From the NCBI GenBank assembly GCA_964642325.1, contig CAZXOJ010000004.1:1-36381 (forward strand): a DNA stretch of 36,381 nt, written 5' to 3'. Below the pieces are notes generated by a model, which was not told where the DNA came from, ran no database searches, and saw nothing but the letters and a program-made list of their open reading frames with translations. The stretch is from an uncultured Bacteroides sp. Its GTDB lineage: Bacteria > Bacteroidota > Bacteroidia > Bacteroidales > SM23-62. Of the stretch, positions 26,224 to 34,706 are shown one piece after another. Every line of letters starts with the position of its first letter. Position 1 is the first letter of the stretch. The translations under genes were made by a program, and so were the position numbers.

Positions 26224-28002
26224 TTAAACGTAGATAAATGAAAGAATGGTTATGCACACCACCATGTATAGAAATGTCAAGGGGGCTCCGATACGAAAGA
26301 AATCGTTAAAGGAGTAACCACCAGGACCATAAACCATGAGGTTGGTCTGGAAACCAACCGGTGTCATAAAATTGGCAGATGAAGCATAAGCGGTGATCAG
26401 GATAAATGGCATGGGATCCATGCTCAGGTTGATCGCCGTGGTAAGTGCAATAGGGAAGATGATGGCAGCTGCAGCCTTGCTGGTAATATATGCCGCCAGG
26501 ATGGTGGTGATCAGGTAGATACCTGTGAGTATCCCGATCACCCCGAGCGGCTGAAAAAGCCTGATCACACCGTCCGCCACCAGGTCAGCCGTCCCGGTCT
26601 TTATCATAGCAGTCCCAAGTGCCAGCGAAAGCACAATGATCAATGCCAGGTTATAATCGATGGCCCCGGGCAATTCCCTGGGATGTGTGATACGCATGGC
26701 CATTGAAAGCACCAGTAACAACAAGAGGGAAATGAAGAGTGGGAATAAATTCAGCGCAGCCAATAGGATGGCCAGTATCAATCCACCCAGCAGGATAACA
26801 CTCTTGTACCATTCAAGCTTGACCATCTCACTGACCTTGGAAATGAAATAAAAATCCTTGGTGGCCACAGTCCTGGCAACAAAATTTTCCCCGGTAAAAA
26901 GCAGCAGTACATCACCCGCCTTCAGGATCACCTCACCCACCTTTCCCTTGATGAGTTCCCCGTTCCTGTGTACCGAGACAATGGCAGCGTCATACTTGCT
27001 CCTGAAATTGGCTTCCCTAACAGTCTTATTGGTGATAGTAGAATTTTGTGAAACAACAACTTCAACTATTTCTGTCCGCGATTTCTTGCTCAGCATCCCT
27101 ACTTCCGGGATGTTCAGTCCTGACCTTGATTTGACCATGTCCGCAATGGCTTCAGTTTCACCCGCAAGAATGAGGATATCACCCCTGTCCAGCAGGAAAT
27201 CTGCCCCGAAAACTGATATCTTATAGCCCCGTCTCCAGATTTCCACGATATGAAATCCCGGTTGGTTCCGCAATCCGGCATCTTCAATGGTTTTTCCGAT
27301 GAGGGGGGACTTATGTACTACCTTGGCCTCAACCATGTACTCCCTTCGTCCCAATGATAACTGAGCGAGGGTATCCGGCTTGGTGGGCAGCAATCGCTCA
27401 CCAAAAAAAAGCAGGTATAGGCTACCAACCACTATCATGGGAACGCCTACCACGGCAAAGTCAAATATCTTCAAAGGTTCCAGGTCGGGGATAATGGTCT
27501 GATCCACTATCAGTCCATTTACGATCAGGTTTGTGGAAGTCCCTATCAGGGTGGCAGATCCCCCGAGGATGGCTGCATACGAGAGGGGTATAAGAAATTT
27601 TGACGGAGAGATATTATTCCGTTTGCACCAGGAGTGTACATAAGGGATCATCACCGCAACAAGGGGTGTATTGTTCAGGAAGGCTGAAAACCCGGCGATC
27701 AGTAAGGTCATACGGCTCATGAACCCTCGATAACTGCGGGCCGATTTAAACAAGCGGTCGAAGATCACCTCCACCACAGCGGTCCGGCGTATCACGTCCC
27801 CGATTAATAGCAACATGATGACTACAGCAATTTGCTCATTCCCAAAACCTTTTAAGATCTCCGCAGGGGTAAGAACACCGAATATGCCCAATACAATCAC
27901 ACCGACCAGGAAAGTAAACGCAGGGCCGAGGATCTCCCTGTAGAGGGAAATGAGGATGAACACTAGGACAATAAAGACAAGTATCTGGTCGAAACTCAGC
28001 AT
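26224..28002 (-). CDS. SLC13/DASS-family anion permease with two central TrkA-C domains
   Basis: 592 aa with multiple TM helices at both ends. The cytoplasmic middle has two repeats of a TrkA-C-like pattern (GKTIEDAGLR...GDILILAG and NKTVREANFR...GDVLLLFTG). It ends 9 nt upstream of cysQ. Confidence 0.85.
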   Translation of the reverse strand: MLSFDQILVFIVLVFILISLYREILGPAFTFLVGVIVLGIFGVLTPAEILKGFGNEQIAVVIMLLLIGDVIRRTAVVEVIFDRLFKSARSYRGFMSRMTLLIAGFSAFLNNTPLVAVMIPYVHSWCKRNNISPSKFLIPLSYAAILGGSATLIGTSTNLIVNGLIVDQTIIPDLEPLKIFDFAVVGVPMIVVGSLYLLFFGERLLPTKPDTLAQLSLGRREYMVEAKVVHKSPLIGKTIEDAGLRNQPGFHIVEIWRRGYKISVFGADFLLDRGDILILAGETEAIADMVKSRSGLNIPEVGMLSKKSRTEIVEVVVSQNSTITNKTVREANFRSKYDAAIVSVHRNGELIKGKVGEVILKAGDVLLLFTGENFVARTVATKDFYFISKVSEMVKLEWYKSVILLGGLILAILLAALNLFPLFISLLLLLVLSMAMRITHPRELPGAIDYNLALIIVLSLALGTAMIKTGTADLVADGVIRLFQPLGVIGILTGIYLITTILAAYITSKAAAAIIFPIALTTAINLSMDPMPFILITAYASSANFMTPVGFQTNLMVYGPGGYSFNDFFRIGAPLTFLYMVVCITILSFIYV

Positions 28003-28062
28003 AATTCACATGCCGGTAGCTGAATCTATAAAGTAAAGAAAATTAATGAACAGATAAAAATT

Positions 28063-28605
28063 TTAAACCTGGAGACGGCTCTTAAAGGGCAGGAATGTCA
28101 TAAAATCTGCGTGATGTACAATGTATGCCTCAACCGAACGGTTGACATGATCCCCTTCCCCGGCATGAGCTGCAATAATGTGGCATACCTCGGGAGGAAC
28201 ATCACAGGATTCCGCCAGGGATACGCCGGAAAATGGGTGGCGCAGGTATTTACCATAGCTACCCTGTACAACTTTTCCATCTTTCTTCTCGTACTCCAGG
28301 AGTTTTCCCACATCGGCCAGTATGGCTCCGGCAATCAGAACATCCATGTTTACCGGGAGCTCTCCTCCAAAATGTGACTGGATTTGTTTTCCACTATCCC
28401 TGGCAATGTGAACCACACATCTTTTATGTGCCATGAAACTAACATCCAGGTCTTCAACCAGGAGGGTAAATGGGATCTCATCCAGGTCTTTAGCAGACAA
28501 AGCACTTTTTGACAATGCCAGCTCCCAGGTCCTGGCTGTATTCTGACGCAGGTCAGGATCTTTGATCCATTCCAGTTCAGGCCAGAGTTCATTTACTTCC
28601 ATCAT
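28063..28605 (-). CDS. HD-domain-like protein with a degenerate HD dyad
   Basis: The pattern AHKRCVVHIA ... ILADVGK ... IIAAHAGEGD ... IVHHADF follows the HD-domain layout. The canonical LHDxGK reads LADVGK here. Aligned by eye. Confidence 0.55.
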   Translation of the reverse strand: MMEVNELWPELEWIKDPDLRQNTARTWELALSKSALSAKDLDEIPFTLLVEDLDVSFMAHKRCVVHIARDSGKQIQSHFGGELPVNMDVLIAGAILADVGKLLEYEKKDGKVVQGSYGKYLRHPFSGVSLAESCDVPPEVCHIIAAHAGEGDHVNRSVEAYIVHHADFMTFLPFKSRLQV

Positions 28606-28650
28606 AGCTTTTTCATTTTGATTGGTAATTAATACCTGTTCGGTTCAATG

Positions 28651-29841
28651 CTACAGGGCTGCAATGATGGCATCTGCCATTTCAGTGGTAGAAGCAGCAC
28701 CCTTCTGAAGGACATCTTGCCTGCCCGTCAGTTTGAGCATATCATATGTCCGTGCCTCTCCATGGCTTACCACCCTTCCAATAGCCGACCTGATCCGGCC
28801 TGCAATATCGTTCTCGCCCAGGTGGTCAAGCATCATACATGCCGATTCAACCATGGCGATGGGATTTACAATACCAACAGGATAATCGGCATATTTTGGA
28901 GCTGAACCATGCGTTGGCTCAAAAACTGCCACTTCTTCTCCTATATTTGCACTACATGCAAAACCGAGTCCCCCGATAAGTCCCGCAAAACCATCGGAAA
29001 CAATGTCCCCAAACATGTTCCCTGCTACAATAACACCATAATCTTCAGGATTCTTGGTTAGCCACATCATCTGGGCATCAATATTTGTATTCCACAGTTC
29101 AATATCGGAAAAATGCGATTTCTGGATCTCCTTGGCCAGCCTGAACATGAGGCCAGAAGTCTCCCTGATGACATTTGGTTTTTCACATACTGTCACTGAC
29201 CTGTACTGATACTTCCTGGCATATTCGAAAGCAGCCAATAATATCCGTTTCGTGGCCCCAACGGTGAAGATCCTGGTCGAAACTGCCAGCTCAGCCTTCG
29301 GAACATTTGAAAAGTTCTTTTGAAATTTTGGATGGCTGAGCAGGGCTTCGTATACACTATCAGGAGGATCTGACCATTCAACACCACCATAGAGACCCTC
29401 TGTATTCTGCCTGAAAATCACCACATCTATTTCCGGCTCTTCAACCGTGTTGTTCGGTCCCTTGCGAATAAAATTAAGGGGATTACCCTTATAGGTACGG
29501 CAGGGCCGGATACATACATCCAGGTTGAAGTGTTGCCTTAATCCCACAATCGGACTGGAATAGACCAGTCCTTTTCCCAGCAGCGAGGGATCCAGTTCCT
29601 CGGCAGCTTCTTCCTTGGGTTTCGATGTAATCGCCCCAAAAAGCCCAATTTTATGCCTGGCCAGCAGATCAATGGTCCGGTCTGGCAGGGGATTTCCTTC
29701 AGCTCTCCAAAATTCCCAGCCAATATCAGCATTTACATATGCTGCCTTGAATCCCGCAGTATCCAGGATGCGTAGTGTTTCTTCCAAAACTATTTTCCCT
29801 ATGCCATCACCCGGCATGGTAACTATGGTCCTTTTGCTCAT
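28651..29841 (-). CDS. Isocitrate/isopropylmalate dehydrogenase family protein (IDH-like, probably NADP-dependent)
   Basis: Contains GDGIG, SSPIVGLRQHFNLDVCIRP, FRQNTEGLY, NMFGDIVSD and HGSAPKYA (the Lys-Tyr pair resembles the NADP-specificity pair of E. coli IDH). Confidence 0.85.
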   Translation of the reverse strand: MSKRTIVTMPGDGIGKIVLEETLRILDTAGFKAAYVNADIGWEFWRAEGNPLPDRTIDLLARHKIGLFGAITSKPKEEAAEELDPSLLGKGLVYSSPIVGLRQHFNLDVCIRPCRTYKGNPLNFIRKGPNNTVEEPEIDVVIFRQNTEGLYGGVEWSDPPDSVYEALLSHPKFQKNFSNVPKAELAVSTRIFTVGATKRILLAAFEYARKYQYRSVTVCEKPNVIRETSGLMFRLAKEIQKSHFSDIELWNTNIDAQMMWLTKNPEDYGVIVAGNMFGDIVSDGFAGLIGGLGFACSANIGEEVAVFEPTHGSAPKYADYPVGIVNPIAMVESACMMLDHLGENDIAGRIRSAIGRVVSHGEARTYDMLKLTGRQDVLQKGAASTTEMADAIIAAL

Positions 29842-29969
29842 TTTCTAATTCGGCTTTGAGGATATTTAAAAGAAGCTTAAAAATAGGAGAAAAAAACAAG
29901 ATCCATTTTGTCGGGGATGTGTTATTTATCACTTATTTTATAAAACATTTACCTATCCCGAACATCTCA

Positions 29970-31433
29970 ATGAATCCACTATCAGACCTTGACAATGCAC
30001 TTCTGTGGAAATATTTTGAAGATATTTGCAGAATCCCGAGGCTATCCAGGAATGAAGGTCAGGTCATAGATTTCCTGCTGGCATTTGCCCACGAACATAA
30101 GCTTCAAGCCAGGAAAGACAAAACAGGCAATGTATTGATCTCCAAACCTGCCAGTCCCGGAATGGAAAATCGGAAAACAGTCATCCTTCAGAGCCACATG
30201 GATATGGTGGGTGAGAAGGACCAGGACAGTCCACATGATTTTAGCCAGGATCCCATTGTCCCAATAATCGATGGTGAGTGGATTAGGGCCAGTGGTACCA
30301 CCCTGGGGGCCGATGACGGCATCGGCATAGCGGCCCAGATGCTTATCCTTTCAGACCGAAACCTGGAGCATGGCCCCATTGAATGCCTATTTACGATGGA
30401 TGAGGAATCCGGTATGACCGGTGCACAAAACCTCGAACCTGGTTTTATGACCGGTGAGATCCTGATCAACCTTGATTCTGAGGACGAAGGTGAGTTGTTT
30501 ATCGGTTGTGCCGGTGGCATTGATACAATCGGCACGTTTACATTTAAAACGAAAAAAACCAATGAGGGATCAGTTGCTTACAAAATGTCTGTAGCTGGAC
30601 TGAAGGGGGGGCACTCAGGAGACGAGATCCATAAAAGTCCGGGTAATGCCATCAAGATCATGAATAGGTTCTTATGGAATGCCGGCAATGATTTCCGGCT
30701 CGCCCTTTCAAATTTCGATGGGGGAAATCTGCGGAATGCAATTCCAAGGGAAGCTTTTGCCATATTTACCATACCGGCTGATTTGGTGAGAGATTTTGAG
30801 GATTATTATCAAGAATTTACCGATGCCCTCCTGCTGGAACTAAAGGATTTTGAACCGGAGCTAAGCATCCAGCTTTCCAGGTCAGAACTGCCGGAAACCA
30901 TCCTGACCCGAAAAAAACAACTTGGTTTATTACGTGCGCTTTATGCATGTCCCCATGGGGTCATTACCTGGAGTCCTACCCTGAAAGGCCTCGTGGAAAC
31001 ATCCACCAACCTGGCATCAATAAAATTTACAGAACCCAGCAGGGCCATTGTTTTAACTTCCCAGAGATCTTCGGTTGATACTGCCAAGAAAGATATTGGT
31101 GACCGTGTGGCCAGCTGCCTTGCCCTTGGTGGAGCCATTGTTGAACACAGTGATGGTTACCCTGGATGGACCCAAAACCAGGATTCGGAGATCCTGAATA
31201 TCACCAAAGGGATTTATGCCGGGCTGTTTGGACAGGAACCCATTGTGAGGGCTATTCATGCTGGATTGGAATGCGGGTTGATCCTTGAAAAATACCCGGG
31301 ACTGGATATGCTTTCTTTTGGTCCAACCATTAAAGGAGCCCATACACCATCAGAGAAAATCAACATTCACACTACTGGAAAATTCTGGAAGCTTTTGTTG
31401 GAGGTCCTCGAAAGAATTCCTGAGAAAAAGTAG
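29970..31433 (+). CDS. pepD: Aminoacyl-histidine dipeptidase PepD (M20C)
   Basis: Contains LQSHMDMVGEK, GADDGIG and DEESGMTGA. I prefer the ATG at 29970 (MNPLSDLDNALLWKYFEDICRIPR). The 38 residues the ORF track adds upstream look non-coding. Confidence 0.9.
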   Translation: MNPLSDLDNALLWKYFEDICRIPRLSRNEGQVIDFLLAFAHEHKLQARKDKTGNVLISKPASPGMENRKTVILQSHMDMVGEKDQDSPHDFSQDPIVPIIDGEWIRASGTTLGADDGIGIAAQMLILSDRNLEHGPIECLFTMDEESGMTGAQNLEPGFMTGEILINLDSEDEGELFIGCAGGIDTIGTFTFKTKKTNEGSVAYKMSVAGLKGGHSGDEIHKSPGNAIKIMNRFLWNAGNDFRLALSNFDGGNLRNAIPREAFAIFTIPADLVRDFEDYYQEFTDALLLELKDFEPELSIQLSRSELPETILTRKKQLGLLRALYACPHGVITWSPTLKGLVETSTNLASIKFTEPSRAIVLTSQRSSVDTAKKDIGDRVASCLALGGAIVEHSDGYPGWTQNQDSEILNITKGIYAGLFGQEPIVRAIHAGLECGLILEKYPGLDMLSFGPTIKGAHTPSEKINIHTTGKFWKLLLEVLERIPEKK

Positions 31434-31438
31434 TTTAT

Positions 31439-31603
31439 TTACCAGTCATCTTCCACAAATTCTGATTTACCAACCCCACATACCGGGCATTCCCAGTCCT
31501 CCGGTATATCATTAAAGTCTGTCCCGGGATTGATCCCTCCGTCAGGATCTCCTTCCACAGGGTCATATACAAAGCCGCAGATGGTACAGCGGTATTTTTT
31601 CAT
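31439..31603 (-). CDS. Rubredoxin (54 aa); absent from the supplied ORF track because it is under 60 aa
   Basis: My translation is [54 protein letters not shown]. It has two CxxCG knuckles (CTICG, CPVCG) and conserved aromatic residues. Confidence 0.9.
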   Translation of the reverse strand: MKKYRCTICGFVYDPVEGDPDGGINPGTDFNDIPEDWECPVCGVGKSEFVEDDW

Positions 31604-31695
31604 AATTTGAAATTTTGCCGTAATTATACTAATTAAATTTTTGATAATAAGGAGAGAATAACATTTATTAAAGAAATGATTTATCTTTACGATTA

Positions 31696-32484
31696 ATGGC
31701 TATGGATTCGAAAAATATTCGGGAGGTGATGCAACAGTTTGATCCGGTTTCCCTCGGGGAAATGGATGCTGTTAAACTGATGAACCGCACTGACACCAAA
31801 TTTGTATTCCATACCTCCAAACTGGCAGATCTTCTCAGGCTATCAATGGAACAGTATCAGGTACTTCAGATAGGGGAGAACCGAGACTTCATGTACAATT
31901 CCCTTTACTATGATACAGCAGGACTGGACCTGTATCTGGACCACCACAACGGAAAGAGGCCCAGGTTCAAGGTCAGGTTCAGGGAATACCTGGAAACAGG
32001 GACGGTATTCCTGGAGGTCAAACGAAAAACCAATAAGAACCGAACTCGTAAATCCAGGATTCAGGTGGAGGAGATTGAAATGGAACTATCCGGAAAATCC
32101 ATTCAGTATATTGAAAAAGTGGCTCCCCTTAAGGTAGCATTCCTCAAGCCGGCAGCATGGACCATTTTTCGCCGGATCACACTGGTTGGGAAAAACAGTC
32201 CCGAACGAATCACCATAGACTACGAACTATCGTTCCGGCAGGGAGATCAGGAAAAACACCTCCCCTTCTATACCATTTGTGAAGTCAAACGGGATAGCTT
32301 GTCGGGCCATTCTGCATTTATCAAAACCCTGAGAGGATTGTCCATTTTTCCCGGGAATAGCAGCAAATATTGTCTTGGAACTGTCCTGCTGAATGAAGGT
32401 ATCAAGAACAATCGCTTTAAAGGCACCCTATTAAAAATAAAAAAACTCGAAAATGTTAACAGATCTTATCCTGCTGCAGGCTGA
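31696..32484 (+). CDS. VTC-domain protein (triphosphate-tunnel, polyphosphate-polymerase-like)
   Basis: Alternating charged beta-strand motifs typical of the VTC/CYTH tunnel: [28 protein letters not shown] and ICEVKRD. No TM segment. Confidence 0.8.
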   Translation: MAMDSKNIREVMQQFDPVSLGEMDAVKLMNRTDTKFVFHTSKLADLLRLSMEQYQVLQIGENRDFMYNSLYYDTAGLDLYLDHHNGKRPRFKVRFREYLETGTVFLEVKRKTNKNRTRKSRIQVEEIEMELSGKSIQYIEKVAPLKVAFLKPAAWTIFRRITLVGKNSPERITIDYELSFRQGDQEKHLPFYTICEVKRDSLSGHSAFIKTLRGLSIFPGNSSKYCLGTVLLNEGIKNNRFKGTLLKIKKLENVNRSYPAAG

Positions 32485-33142
32485 GCAGCTTCCTCCAGAT
32501 TTATTTGATACGAAAGCATTATTGAACTTAGTGGTTCGCTTTTCATTTAATTTGCTGGTCGTTAGTATCATTGTAAGGGGCTTATATTACACCATTACCC
32601 GCAAAAAGAATTACATGTTTTCTTTCATGCTGATAGGTGTCGTTGTTTTCCTGGTCTGCTTCCTGATGAATAAGCTAGGGATAGGCATGGCATTTGCCTT
32701 GGGACTTTTCGCCATATTCGGGATCATCCGTTACCGCACCAATCCTATCCCCATCAAGGAGATGACCTACCTTTTTGTGATCATTGGTGTATCTGTTATC
32801 AATGGTCTCACCACAAAGAATGTCACTTATTTTGAACTGGTTTTTGCCAACATCATGATCATCCTCGTAGTCTATATCCTTGAGCGGGTATGGTTGATGA
32901 AAAATGAATCAAAGAAAGTGATTGACTATGAAAAAATTGATCTGATACGGCCGGATAAAAGGGCCGAACTTGTGGAAGATCTTAAGCAACGAACAGGATT
33001 GCCGATCAACCGTGTGGAAATCGGTCGGATCAATTTCCTGCGCGACACTGTCAGGCTGCTCATCTATTACCAGGAAGATCGGAGCAATAATATTGTCGAT
33101 GATGTTGAGGTAGGCACCTATGAAGACGGCAGGATGGATTAG
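32453..33142 (+). CDS. DUF4956-like integral membrane protein
   Basis: 4-5 TM helices including GLFAIFGIIRYRTNPIPIKEMTY (DUF4956-like core), then a soluble tail of about 80 aa. The start overlaps the VTC gene by 32 nt. Confidence 0.7.
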   Translation: MLTDLILLQAEQLPPDLFDTKALLNLVVRFSFNLLVVSIIVRGLYYTITRKKNYMFSFMLIGVVVFLVCFLMNKLGIGMAFALGLFAIFGIIRYRTNPIPIKEMTYLFVIIGVSVINGLTTKNVTYFELVFANIMIILVVYILERVWLMKNESKKVIDYEKIDLIRPDKRAELVEDLKQRTGLPINRVEIGRINFLRDTVRLLIYYQEDRSNNIVDDVEVGTYEDGRMD

Positions 33143-33149
33143 CCTGGCA

Positions 33150-34706
33150 CTATTCCACCTGCCAGACAGCATCCAGCAGGGTGCCATCCACCCATTTCAC
33201 AACAGCCACAACTTTATCGGTAAACCCGGGCTTATCCGGTATCCCGCAGATTTTTTCGGCCTCCTCCTTCAATTCTTCCAGGCTTCGGAGAGGCAGGTCT
33301 GAACCTTTCACTTTTTCAAGCAGGTCTTTCCTCAGTGGATTGATGGCTATGCCCCGCTCGGTGACGACGACATCTATCAGTTCACCAGGACCGCAGAGGG
33401 TGGTGACCTCATCACGGATTACAGGGATCCTGTCCCTGAACAAAGGTACAGGAAGGATCACTGTTTTGCTGAAGAGGCAATTCTGCCAACCGCCTATCCC
33501 GTGCAGCAATACCCCATCAGAATGGGTAACCACATTGGCGTTGAAACTGGTATCTATCTCCGTGGCACCGAGGACGACCACGTCCACCATGCCCGCAAAA
33601 TTCCCCTTGCCATGGTAATTGTAACTGGTTAAAGGGCTGGTCCATATATGTTGTGGGTTCTCCCTCATGGAACGCACACCATCCAGGTCAAAGGTCTGCC
33701 CGTCAAGGATGTATTCCACAAGCCCTTCTTCAAGCATGGATACCAGGTAACGGTTACTTCCCCCGCGTGCAAACCTTGCCTTTATCCCTTTTTCCAGCAT
33801 GATCTTTTTGAAGTATTCCCCTACAGCCAGGGAGGTCCCACCTGCCCCACTCTGGAAGGAAAATCCATCCTTAATGATACCGGTCACATCGCAAAACCTG
33901 GCTGTCAGCTCTGCCAGGTAGAGCCTGTCGGGACTCCTGGTGATCCTGGTTGTCCCGGAAATGATTTTCTCAGGATCACCGATATGTTCCATTTCCAGTG
34001 TAAAATCCACATGGTTTCCCTGGATCTGCCAGGGTATGCAAGGAAACTCTACCATATTGTCCGTGGCAACAATGACTTTTTCGGCATACTGGGAATCTGC
34101 CAGGGCAAAACCCAGTAAACCACTGGCCGAAGATCCTTCAAGTCCATTTGCATTCCCAAAGGGATCAGCACATCCGGCCCCGATCACGGCAATATCGATA
34201 TGTATTTCTCCATCCTGAATGGCCTGGTACCTTCCCCCGTGTGAGCGCAGCACTCCCTGTCCCTTCATTTTCCCATCTGAGGTAAATCGTCCCAATGGCC
34301 CATTCATGCTCCCTTCGATATGGTGAATGGTCCCGTCCTCCAGGTATGGTATCAAATGCTGATGGCAAGGAAAAGAAGCCGAAGGGAACCAGACCAGGTC
34401 CTTTACTCCTAATTCATGCGCAGTATCAAAAACCTGGTTCGCCAGCAAGTCGCCATCCCTGAAATGATGATGCGTGGAAATGGTCATCCCATCCTTTAAT
34501 CCGCATTTCTTTAAGGCATCTTTTAATGAAGCTGCCCTTTTATCCCCCCCTGAGGGAAAATTGTTACTGGAACTTATCAGGGGACCATATTTTCTGCCTT
34601 CCGGTATAAATTTTCCAACTCCCTGGTATGGGACCTGCGCTGATCCGTTTACCTCTTTTGGGACCTCTCTGCCAGCTGCATTGATAACTGTTTCTTGCTT
34701 ACTCAT
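33150..34706 (-). CDS. citF: Citrate lyase alpha subunit (citrate CoA-transferase)
   Basis: Colinear with my recollection of E. coli CitF: ISTHHHFRDGD, SHGGR, FGNANG, SFQSGAGGTSLAV, LGATEIDTSFNANV, and the C-terminal FTDKVVAVVKWVDGTLLDAVWQV. Confidence 0.9.
   Translation of the reverse strand: MSKQETVINAAGREVPKEVNGSAQVPYQGVGKFIPEGRKYGPLISSSNNFPSGGDKRAASLKDALKKCGLKDGMTISTHHHFRDGDLLANQVFDTAHELGVKDLVWFPSASFPCHQHLIPYLEDGTIHHIEGSMNGPLGRFTSDGKMKGQGVLRSHGGRYQAIQDGEIHIDIAVIGAGCADPFGNANGLEGSSASGLLGFALADSQYAEKVIVATDNMVEFPCIPWQIQGNHVDFTLEMEHIGDPEKIISGTTRITRSPDRLYLAELTARFCDVTGIIKDGFSFQSGAGGTSLAVGEYFKKIMLEKGIKARFARGGSNRYLVSMLEEGLVEYILDGQTFDLDGVRSMRENPQHIWTSPLTSYNYHGKGNFAGMVDVVVLGATEIDTSFNANVVTHSDGVLLHGIGGWQNCLFSKTVILPVPLFRDRIPVIRDEVTTLCGPGELIDVVVTERGIAINPLRKDLLEKVKGSDLPLRSLEELKEEAEKICGIPDKPGFTDKVVAVVKWVDGTLLDAVWQVE

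Noticed and set aside
31285-31515. 76-aa plus-strand ORF spanning the pepD end and the region antisense to rubredoxin.
   Set aside because: It overlaps the pepD C-terminus out of frame and lies antisense to a textbook rubredoxin. Its translation has no recognisable features.
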